IMG/VR virus record: IMGVR_UViG_3300037502_002629
Reading direction: 5' to 3' (one strand)
From: an uncultured virus (IMG/VR IMGVR_UViG_3300037502_002629)
Taxonomy: Duplodnaviria > Heunggongvirae > Uroviricota > Caudoviricetes
DNA: 64,000 bases
Every line of letters begins with the position of its first letter. Positions within the stretch are counted from its first letter, which is position 1. Below, one piece after another: positions 39,301-48,200 of the stretch. Under the pieces are notes generated by a model that worked only from the letters and a program-made list of their open reading frames with translations, searched no databases and was not told the origin of the DNA. The position numbers and the translations under genes were made by a program.

Positions 39301-41142
39301 TTATATAAATATACTTTAACCACAGCTGCACTTGCAAGTAAAACTATACCTCCAGTTTATAAAAAATCCGACGCAGTTGAGTTAGTTCAAGGAGCTGTTC
39401 ACATTGATAACGAACGTTTTGTTATGATGAACAGAGTCAATAATGAAACATCACCGACTATTTTAACTAGTTACACTTTTACTAACTTATTTGTATATGA
39501 CTGGAATAGCGAAACAGTGTTGCAGGTTTTAGTTGGTGCTTCGGGAGCAACTATACCTTATACAGGTACTATTGCAGGTTGGAATACTGGAAACTATGGT
39601 GAAATGTTTGCGGAGTGGGCGGGGATGAAAGACTACTGTTTTGGTATGTCCATAATTTACAACAATGATATTATCTATTGGAGGGCCTGGCCAGAAGATC
39701 AACACTATCAAGCTGAGTTATATAATGAAACAGGTGTAGCCCAGATATGGGGTATATCTGCGCAAATGGGTTGGAAATTAATAAGGATATGGAATATACA
39801 ATCTAATGGTAGTCTTACACCTTCGGTGAGATCTCTTTATATATTTTCAGGAAACAGATCAGGTAAGGTAGGTCCAGTTTATTTAGTTTACGATACATTT
39901 TATAATCACTTAATCGGTGCTACATTTAATGATAATGGTGTAATTATGATAGATCCTGATAATTTAACAGGATATTATGGAGGTCCATATTTTCAAGAAT
40001 ATAATGGATTTACAAGTCGATTTGCATTATACACATTAGATCCAGTTACAAATACATTAGTTTGGCCTGTTTATTTCATATCTGATAACCAAGGTGCTGT
40101 AACAATTTTTGGAGCTCAGAATGGTACAGGAAAACCATTATATGTTCGTTATACATCTGTTGATTTATTAGGATCAGGTAATACAGTAACTGCCAAAGGA
40201 TTTTATGATGTTGATCCAACTTTAAGAATATTTGATATTGGTTTTAACCCTGGATTTAGACATCAGTATGTAGCAAGTACAAATGAGTTCTGGGTTATGG
40301 GCTATGATCGTTTACAAGTGGTACCTCCCATAGATAGAGAACAAATTATTGCAATTATTGATCCTACAACGTTGGCAATAACAAACATAATAAACTTAAC
40401 AACCCAATTTGCTGAAATAACTGGTACAGTTGGATATTATTATTTAAGTTTTCAGATTCCATCTTTGAATCTTATTGGTTTTGTTGGTGCAACAGGTGGT
40501 GAACTTGTATTACTGGATGTTAATACAAAGGCTATTCTTTATAATGGACTACTTGATACGATGCTTGATTTCTTAAGACCCGTACCAACATTTGGTGGTG
40601 CATTCGGATGGATAGTTCCATATCAAAATGGTTTTTATCTGGACTACACTAATAATACTGCTACCGCTGAAGTATGGAGTTATTTGACTCCTCAGACTAT
40701 TAGCTATACAGGACTAACACATAATATATTAAGCATTACTGCTGATTCTAACGTTGTGTTATTGCAAGATGATGTATATAGCACAACCCTTACAGGAAGC
40801 ACATTTGGGCAGTGGAAAGTTATAACGAATACTACATGGGCAAGCATTCCAGGCGGCGGCACTATTAATATTAATCCTAATGAAATAATTGAGTTTGTAA
40901 TGTTTAGTCAAGACATAACGCTGATAGAGGTTGAAAATCTTACAACCTCGACAGTATATGATCTGGCAAACTATAGCAATCTCAGTACCTTACCTACCTA
41001 CAATACTTTAAATACGATCAAAACTTTTTCTATAAAAGCTGACAATGTTATTCTAAATAATAACGATCAGTTAAAGTTTACTTTTAGCAACCCAAACAAT
41101 ATTAATAATCCATATATCAATACAGTTACAATAACATTCTAA
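36385..41142 (+). CDS. very large virion adhesin-like protein (FN3 plus probable beta-propeller)
   Basis: 1585 aa. N-terminal FN3-like motif VLPNTVYRVAV and repeated beta-strand blades. Confidence 0.7.
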   Translation: MNIIVNWAPDSLSLLPTDEYDVLYKVADPANLNNWIVANLQQAPFGPLAPGTTSYTINNVLPNTVYRVAVAKSCNGTPTFVTEASIIVEDCLVTSFYQGPPINGYPTLFYTLSSPNSLHLISNPVLMLDMTAGDYPFLTECSVGPPNDFLAPIGRTIPINEGCPNDLPYETPPISGLVCIPDSVNYLSPSGNTSAGGYYGVGSFTLAAPCAQVGATGQGQPVLFNYNNDYKLYYLANGSGSAFNVGVAYNYEFPPEPIFSAVSNNACFSDPSLYPTFTPTLIPLDYLRISGALLHNPSTGAVNLSIDDGTGQTNIEEYSIEYYTDDPTLSSQLQLVNSSSVPLSLPNITYDVYCPIELDPALDPTQLSSGMSVNVFLYDPGLNNVATITSANYTGLTFLQACQNIATYLTNNTIYSADVVTIGGTLYLRITTPGTNIVSGLVTIDGPVLFGPNLPDLPQVSPTGLTTPYRIQDAFIYDSGSGDKIYGTRGFPGTSTGCEIEVSDITTSTTSEYSHPIELPASRITLVDALPPSEAWDLNVSDPQPGIGGLNQAIVKNPSAWNDGYVYRLFYDDTNGTTISVTDPSGTFIDSEPLVGLGNNECARLIEINQSTGVDMVVIVDNPSTPGTCTAEFIQHLNIGIWGSVGTVTIPSSNEIYKGTITGIGPFTIASVGNGFITVAGSPWTDNQWNSFRIEVITGTNAGKQFSLYDYAPTAVPPQTNFSNNANTLFVDPNPTWSSFNPNILSPGDTFVFLASRFSFDVFYDTAASFTPNEYLRYNLVIEDGPLLGNQFLIQSQTTDRIDWDNKGAFGSYFQRGGAGPQSNVVYDLPYRIYKINDGGIIYNPDTDRYFYSCGNGQVILLDASAYSIDLTVQLTEPDGITNANGAYQFAYNSGSGEVYAITRDCSLSQPNIAWPFTQLTSKHIYDISASGVALPPIDGSALWNENIAGNISFYDDGVDQHLYFTSIDSRTLYKYTLTTAALASKTIPPVYKKSDAVELVQGAVHIDNERFVMMNRVNNETSPTILTSYTFTNLFVYDWNSETVLQVLVGASGATIPYTGTIAGWNTGNYGEMFAEWAGMKDYCFGMSIIYNNDIIYWRAWPEDQHYQAELYNETGVAQIWGISAQMGWKLIRIWNIQSNGSLTPSVRSLYIFSGNRSGKVGPVYLVYDTFYNHLIGATFNDNGVIMIDPDNLTGYYGGPYFQEYNGFTSRFALYTLDPVTNTLVWPVYFISDNQGAVTIFGAQNGTGKPLYVRYTSVDLLGSGNTVTAKGFYDVDPTLRIFDIGFNPGFRHQYVASTNEFWVMGYDRLQVVPPIDREQIIAIIDPTTLAITNIINLTTQFAEITGTVGYYYLSFQIPSLNLIGFVGATGGELVLLDVNTKAILYNGLLDTMLDFLRPVPTFGGAFGWIVPYQNGFYLDYTNNTATAEVWSYLTPQTISYTGLTHNILSITADSNVVLLQDDVYSTTLTGSTFGQWKVITNTTWASIPGGGTININPNEIIEFVMFSQDITLIEVENLTTSTVYDLANYSNLSTLPTYNTLNTIKTFSIKADNVILNNNDQLKFTFSNPNNINNPYINTVTITF

Positions 41143-41143
41143 T

Positions 41144-42223
41144 ATGCCAGGTCCAGTTACATTTAATATAACATATACATGTAGTCCAAATGCAGTATCT
41201 GGATTACTGGAGTACAGACATGTATTACCTGATGGAACATGGTCAACATGGTCTGTCAACACATCATTGGGTAGTTTTCTAATAAATCCTCTTACAGGGT
41301 TAACGAAAATAATTAATGCGGTTGTTGGCAACGGTGCGGAGTTTAATTTTAATACAACCTATCAATTTAGAATTGAGCAGACATGCCAGGATGGTACTCA
41401 GGTTTATTCAGATCCTAGTGCTGAAGATTATGCTGAGGCGTGTATTGATTATGTAGTTACATTAGGTCAGGAAGGATATGTAGATAGTAGCTATTATCTT
41501 GATATTATATTCTCAAATCCCACTGGTTTAGGTGGAATAATTGATCCACTGTTATCAAGTATTACGAGTTATATATTTACAGTTTATGAAATAACAGGAG
41601 TAAATAGGAACAATATAGGTTCTATTACAGTAGATTACACTGATATTATTCCTAATTCCTTATCGCATTTAGTTACTGTAACAAGCAATGATCTAACAAC
41701 TCCTCTTGTATCATCTGGAGTGTATGAAGTTGATTTGCAAATAAGGTTCTTAACATCAACCCAAACAATTCTTGTAGATTGTCCTGCTGAAGCTCCTATT
41801 GTTTTACCACGGTGTGAAGTCTATAAAATATGGACAGCTGAATGGTGGAGACTTGAATATACAGATTGCAATGGGATAGTACGTAAGATTTATAACAGCG
41901 CTCCTCAACCATCTGGTACTGTGCTGGGTCTGACATCTTATTTTTTTGTGTGTGCACAATCTGTCCCAACTGGTGCTACTTGTTTAACTTCTGCTGTAGG
42001 TCCTTTTCCAGCTGGGCTTAATCCTCCTGCTTACTTTAACTTAGTAACTAACCAAATCACCCCTATTACTAATCCTGTTACTCCAGGATCATGGCCTCAA
42101 ACAAATCACCTACTGGGAGCTGTGGTAGAAATCGATCCAAATTCTGTAGGATGCGATTCTACTTACAATGGCACAGCAGGTTTATCTAATCAAAATGTGA
42201 CAGTGTTTAATCCAATATGCTAA
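41144..42223 (+). CDS. FN3-like Cys-containing virion protein
   Basis: FNTTYQFRIEQTC motif. Confidence 0.65.
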   Translation: MPGPVTFNITYTCSPNAVSGLLEYRHVLPDGTWSTWSVNTSLGSFLINPLTGLTKIINAVVGNGAEFNFNTTYQFRIEQTCQDGTQVYSDPSAEDYAEACIDYVVTLGQEGYVDSSYYLDIIFSNPTGLGGIIDPLLSSITSYIFTVYEITGVNRNNIGSITVDYTDIIPNSLSHLVTVTSNDLTTPLVSSGVYEVDLQIRFLTSTQTILVDCPAEAPIVLPRCEVYKIWTAEWWRLEYTDCNGIVRKIYNSAPQPSGTVLGLTSYFFVCAQSVPTGATCLTSAVGPFPAGLNPPAYFNLVTNQITPITNPVTPGSWPQTNHLLGAVVEIDPNSVGCDSTYNGTAGLSNQNVTVFNPIC

Positions 42224-42262
42224 TAAATATCAGGTTAGTTGGTAATCCTGGAAGGTGGATAA

Positions 42263-42284
42263 CCCCCGGTGAAATATCTGGGGG
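42263..42284 (+). terminator. terminator-like hairpin
   Basis: CCCCCGG-TGAAATAT-CTGGGGG; weak U-tract. Confidence 0.5.
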
Positions 42285-42345
42285 CTTCACTGATAAACTT
42301 TAAAAGTTTAATTTTCTTTAATCATTAAAATTTAGTATCTTAACT

Positions 42346-42927
42346 ATGAAAGACGTAATAGAACTTAACAGAAAAGGACCGCGGCACAGAGCAAAGCGTT
42401 ACAACATGGCTTCCCCTGAAAATATAAAGGCGATTGCTGATCATCCTGATTGCTTGGTTAAAGACCCAGCTGCAGTAAAGAGAGTTATTATGGCGGTTCA
42501 CCATGGAATAAGAGATACAATCATTAACACGCGGGATGGAATAGAACTACCTGAACAATTGGGATATATGTTTCTGGGAACCTGCCAACCTAAGATTAGA
42601 AAAAATGTTGACTTTAAGACATCAAACCACTACCTTAAAGTAATTCAGCACCGCAATTGGGAAAGCGATAACTACCTTGCTAAAATCTTCTATACAAACT
42701 ATGAAACTAAATATAAGTTTAAATATAATGAGTTGTGGGGGTTTAAGGCAGCAAGAGAGTTTACTAAAATGGTGGGGCAAGAATACCCCAAAAAGTGGAA
42801 GATGTATATACAGGTAGACCACACGCTTAAAATTGCACGACTATATCGAGACTACATTCGCAAAACCAATAGGCAAGAAGAAGATGATATATTAGCTGAA
42901 GATTATAATCCATTAGAAATTGATTAA
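42346..42927 (+). CDS. basic HU/IHF-like protein
   Basis: VKRVIMAVHHGIRDTII...GIELPEQLGYMFL, a divergent IHF-like pattern as seen in crAss-like tail modules. Confidence 0.55.
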   Translation: MKDVIELNRKGPRHRAKRYNMASPENIKAIADHPDCLVKDPAAVKRVIMAVHHGIRDTIINTRDGIELPEQLGYMFLGTCQPKIRKNVDFKTSNHYLKVIQHRNWESDNYLAKIFYTNYETKYKFKYNELWGFKAAREFTKMVGQEYPKKWKMYIQVDHTLKIARLYRDYIRKTNRQEEDDILAEDYNPLEID

Positions 42928-43468
42928 AATGTTTAAAGCAATGATCCAGTTCATTAAAAGTATTATAAAAGGTATTATTGATCTGAAAGAAACTACTCAG
43001 GAATTATCAGGGTATCGTCAGGTTTCTCCTGATGCCGCCTTAATGATCAAGGAGTTTGAAGGATTTAGAGAAAATGCATACTTAGATAGTGCTGGAGTCT
43101 GGACTATAGGATATGGAAACACTTATTACGCGGATGGGACACCTGTTAAAAAAGGAGATAAGATTAGCAGATCAGATGCAGAATTGCTTTTTGATGATAT
43201 TCTTGAATCCTTTGCAGATGAAGTAAATCAGCTCATTACTGTAAAGATTAACGATTGTCAATTCGGAGCAATAGTTTCTTTAAGCTACAATATTGGAATC
43301 ACAGCATTTAAGAAAAGCACATTACTGCGCAAACTAAATGCTAATCCAAATGACCCTGCTATAGAGGCAGAGTTTGCCAGGTGGATAAAAGCTGATGGGA
43401 AAACATTGAATGGTTTGGTTAAACGCAGGAAAAAAGAGTCGGATTATTACTTTAATCAAAACTGTTAA
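42920..43468 (+). CDS. GH24 lysozyme (endolysin)
   Basis: EFEGFRENAYLDSAGVWTIGYG (E-D-T triad), STLLRKLN and GLVKRR. Confidence 0.92.
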   Translation: MIKMFKAMIQFIKSIIKGIIDLKETTQELSGYRQVSPDAALMIKEFEGFRENAYLDSAGVWTIGYGNTYYADGTPVKKGDKISRSDAELLFDDILESFADEVNQLITVKINDCQFGAIVSLSYNIGITAFKKSTLLRKLNANPNDPAIEAEFARWIKADGKTLNGLVKRRKKESDYYFNQNC

Positions 43469-43480
43469 ATTTAAAAACAG

Positions 43481-44155
43481 ATGGTAGCAACAGTATCAGA
43501 AGCAATTAGTAGAATTAAGAATCAGATAAAATCTGTAAACATAGATGCATTTGTCACAGATCGATATATCTTTTCTCTTATTCTCAAGCATATATCCTGG
43601 CTTATAAAAAGAGAAGATGACAAAGGAATATTGCGCAAGTACAATAACATATTTCATAGTTTGGATTATTTTCCAATGATTGATGTTGATAAATCAGATA
43701 CGGGTTGTTTTTGTATTACATCTGGTTGTACTATTAAAAGAAGCAAATATAAAATACCACCTACCTATGATGGGTCATATGGTCCTATAATAAGATCTGT
43801 AACAAGCATCGATGGAACAACACCATTGACACTTACTTATCCTATTACTTATCAGTCAATGATAAAACAAAAAACATATAAGTATAACACCACCTTTTAC
43901 TATTATATAGTAAATGATTACATCTATGCGCCCAATATAACTTGGCCAGCAATAAGAGTAGAGGGGTTATTTAGATCTGGTATAGGTAATTATAATTGTG
44001 ACATAGAACATGATTGTATATATGTTCAGGATGAACCATTTTCTGTGCCGATGTATCTCTGGGCAGAAATGGAACAAAATGTAATGAAAGATCTTTCACT
44101 AAGTATTCAGATTCCAAGTGATCAGCAGTCAGACTTTATCAGCAATACACAATGA
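43481..44155 (+). CDS. putative tail ring protein
   Basis: Synteny and YYYIVNDYIY...VEGLF pattern. Confidence 0.55.
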   Translation: MVATVSEAISRIKNQIKSVNIDAFVTDRYIFSLILKHISWLIKREDDKGILRKYNNIFHSLDYFPMIDVDKSDTGCFCITSGCTIKRSKYKIPPTYDGSYGPIIRSVTSIDGTTPLTLTYPITYQSMIKQKTYKYNTTFYYYIVNDYIYAPNITWPAIRVEGLFRSGIGNYNCDIEHDCIYVQDEPFSVPMYLWAEMEQNVMKDLSLSIQIPSDQQSDFISNTQ

Positions 44156-45264
44156 AAACAGAACTTCAATATAGAACATTTGATGATTTAATGTATTCTG
44201 TACGGAGTGATCTGTACACATTGGATCAGGATAATTTTATTAACCCACAAGAGTTAATAAAGATTGCTATTAAAATTAACTATGAGCTTGGTCTTAAGAT
44301 TAATCCATCTAGAGGAAAGCTTATCGATGTGTCCAAGGGTTTGGGTAAGCTACCCCCTGATTTCTATGTAATGAACTTTGCTATGCTATGTGGCGTAGGT
44401 ACAGATACTTATACTACGTGCAAATCATCTGAGATTACTACCATGTATGACCAGATGCTTAAGCTAGCTGAGATTGTAAATGCACGACCTAAGATACAAG
44501 TAGCTGATTTAACAGTTGATTGGAATATAGTTACTCATAATCTAGGATCCACAGATATTGTAGTCAAGGTACAAGACTCTAACAAAGACTACATTAACTT
44601 TGAATATGTAATTCTTAATGAGAACCAAGTCAAAATCAAAGTCTACGAGTACTACCCTGCTGCAAGAATTACTTTTATTGCCGCAGCAAATGTTGTGGCA
44701 AACTGTTCTATTGTTTTGGATAACTGTCCTGATGGTTGCAAGATTATTGAGAATAAACCTGGATTGATTAGGGAGTTTCCTCGACCAGTACCTATTGAGA
44801 TATTACCCTACAACTATGGAGAGCCTGAATGTAACCTTAGCAAGGTGGGGTCGTACAACTACAGATTAAAGATTAAAGATAAATTCATCCACACCATCAA
44901 CTTTGCGGAGGGTAGGGTATACATAAACTATGAATCATTAATGGAAGATGACGATGGTAACTTGCTTGTCTTGGACCATCCCACTGTAAATGAATACTAT
45001 GAGTATGCTCTCAAGGAGCGAATACTTGAAAATTTATTTCTTAATGGTGAAAATGTTAGTCAGAAACTACAGTTGATACAAGCTAAAATACGACCATCCA
45101 GAAATAATGCATTGAGTTTCATAAATACACCAGACTATGGTGAAATGAAGAAGGTTTGGGAAAAGAATAGAAAAGCAATGTATGCTAAATACTATAACAT
45201 GTTTAATAGTTACGCATGGTATGGTGGTTTTAAGACTGTAAGAGGACCTTACGAACAATATTAA
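44152..45264 (+). CDS. putative tail ring/tubular protein
   Basis: KLPPDF...VYINY...DDDGNLLVLD pattern with an inserted VTHNLG domain. Confidence 0.55.
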   Translation: MKTELQYRTFDDLMYSVRSDLYTLDQDNFINPQELIKIAIKINYELGLKINPSRGKLIDVSKGLGKLPPDFYVMNFAMLCGVGTDTYTTCKSSEITTMYDQMLKLAEIVNARPKIQVADLTVDWNIVTHNLGSTDIVVKVQDSNKDYINFEYVILNENQVKIKVYEYYPAARITFIAAANVVANCSIVLDNCPDGCKIIENKPGLIREFPRPVPIEILPYNYGEPECNLSKVGSYNYRLKIKDKFIHTINFAEGRVYINYESLMEDDDGNLLVLDHPTVNEYYEYALKERILENLFLNGENVSQKLQLIQAKIRPSRNNALSFINTPDYGEMKKVWEKNRKAMYAKYYNMFNSYAWYGGFKTVRGPYEQY

Positions 45265-45265
45265 G

Positions 45266-48200
45266 ATGGCGGAAAATAAAAAGGATACAAATAATCTTAA
45301 TAGTGATAAATCCAATACCTACACTAAAGGTCTTACTAAGGATTATAATGACTCTTATGTTCCCGAAGGTGTTTGGATTAATGCTATAAACGCGGTCACT
45401 ACTTCCCATAAAGGGGACGCTGGAGTAATAGGCAATGAACCATCTAATATTTATTGTTTTACAGCACCCTATACAGTAATTGGGATAGTTCGCAGAGATA
45501 CAGATACTTGGGTTGTATTTTCAACAAATGATGTGCAATCAGAAATAGGTATTTTTAAAGAATCAGATTGTTCCTACACAAAAGTAATATCTGACAAATG
45601 CCTTGGTTTTAAACGCACAAATCTGATAACAGGTCATATACAATATAATTTCGACTGTACTTATTCTGTATTTTTTGCAGACGGTTTAAATCCTGATAGG
45701 ACAATCAATCTTGATAATGTACCTTATGAAATAACTGGTTACGATCTTACTAATCCTGATTGTCCTATTCCTATTTATTCAAGCTGTCTTGATTGCGAAA
45801 AAATCAGATTAAACTATTTAACTGATCCTCCCTGCTGTAATGTAAAAAAAGCAAAAGGAGCAGGATCGCTTTTGAATGGTTCATATCAGGTAGTTGTTGC
45901 TTACACAATTAATGCACAGCGCGTTACAAATTATTTTACACCAAGTAATATTGTAGGTCTTTGGGACCACGGTGGAATAGGTGGCGGTCTTGAAATAACC
46001 ATTACAAATCTGGATGTCAGATTCGAAGAGTATGAGCTGGTTATAATAAGCACTGTCAATAGTCAAACTACTGCCAGAAAACTGGGATATTATAACATCA
46101 ATCAAAATACAGTTTATGTAGATGCATATAACGAATCACTTCCCTCTGTTGATATTTCATTAATATCATTAGTCACACCTGTTTATGAAAAGTGTGATAA
46201 AATGTTTGTATTAAATGGGTATCTTCTTCGATCAGGAGTGTATTCTAAATATGATTTTAACTATCAACCTCTGGCCAATCAAATTACTACCTACTGGCAA
46301 GAAGTGCAATACCCAGCTGATTACTACTTTAAAGGGGGTACAAATACTTCTTACTTGCGTGACGAACAGTATTGTTTTTTTATTCGGTGGCTATACAACG
46401 ATGGTGATAAATCAGCAAGTTACCATATACCTGGTCGATCTGCCAATTCTACTGACTTTCAGATCAGAACTGGACCAGATGTTTTATTTGGAGATAATCT
46501 TGAATGGCAAGTTTATAATACAGCTACTGTAACTAATTCTAATGTAAATTCAGCTCTTGCAGATGGAGGTATTGTATTACGTGAAGGATTAATGGGATAC
46601 TGGGAATCAAGCGAAAGATATCCTGTAAACAGACCAGAGGTATGGGGCGATCTTTGTGGAGTACCTATACGACATCACAAATTTCCTGATAACGGTGTTA
46701 CACATATTCACAATCAGGGTGGAGATAAGATTAATATATTAGGTGTTAGATTTGATAACATCAGACACCCTGTAGACAATAACGGCAATCTTATTTCTAA
46801 CATCATAGGATACGAGGTACTCAGGGGATCGAGAGAGGGTAACAGAACAATCATTGCAAAAGGATTGCTTAATAATATGAGGATATATAAAAATCCTGAC
46901 GGTAAAGAAGTTCTGTATCAAAACTATCCATATAATTCACTAAAAGCTGATTATTTTCTTAGGCAGAGTTTAGCAAATGGGGGCGAATCACCTGATAATG
47001 ATGGTCAAGCGCTAACAGGTTACAAAAGAGATTATTATTCTTTCCATAGTCCTGATACAAATTTCAATAGACCATTTCTTAATATAAACGAAGTACGACT
47101 GTATACTAAGCAGTATGGTAGCACAGCAGGTCGATTTGATTATGTATATGGACATCCAAAACAAAAACTCATTACTAATGTTTCTTACTTAATAGCATTG
47201 TTCTTAGGTATAGGTATTAGTCTTAAAGCAGCCTTTGGTAATAGAAACATTGAAAAAACTGCAGATGATGTAACAGCTATGGCAGGCGCTGGCCTTATAG
47301 CATCATCCTATGGCCTTTTTGGTGTTAACGGAGGTGCAGTTGGTGCCCTAGCCTCTAGGTTAGGCCTAGCTCCAACCGCAATTTCATCTGGTAATTATGG
47401 TGGATATCTTGCTGGTACGACTAATGGTATACATGGCGGTAATTGGGGCGGTATACAGTTTCCTTCAGTTGTTGAAACAGGTGGTGATTTATCACGATTA
47501 AATTTTGGATCTCTTTTTCCTGGATCTATGACAAAACCTGGACGTGTTGCAGTCGAACTTGCCGACTATGCATTATATATAACAACTATTGCTTATTGGG
47601 CAGGATTAGGATTAGATGCTGCTTTAAATATAATCTATCAGCTCATTCCATTTACAAAATACGCTCTTCAATTTAATTCGCATGGCTTTTATGATAAATA
47701 TAAACCTATTGGTTTACAATATCCTAATACAATTGGACATGTAAGAAGAGAGCATGATTTGAGTTTGTATATTAATAATCAGCTACAGACATTTGATGCA
47801 ACATACAACATCAATAACCTATATAGGAATAACTATGTTGGTGTTAAAATCAAAGGTACTTTTCAGGATGTTTCAGCAGGGGAGCCAAGCATAGTAGATA
47901 ACTCACAAAAGAGGGTGAGGGATTCAAATGCTGTGTCTTTTAATAATCCTATAAATGGCACAGTAACTGCAACAACTTCTGCATATTATGCTGGATTAAA
48001 AGTGGACTATGTAAATCAATACGGGCAATTAAACGGAGTAGTGCAGATTCCAATACAACCTTGTTATGCCCCAACTTCTGCCAAACTGCCAGATAAAATT
48101 TATTCTTCTCCTACGCTATTTGGAGGAGACATCTACATTAATAGGTACACTGAAAAGAACCCATTTTTTTATTTTGTAGAGTGGTTGTATGATTTTCCAG

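Noticed and set aside
29781..42223. Diversity-generating retroelement or invertible region acting on fibre genes
   Set aside because: No reverse transcriptase, invertase or TR/VR-type repeat pair seen by eye; a self-alignment would be needed to exclude it fully.
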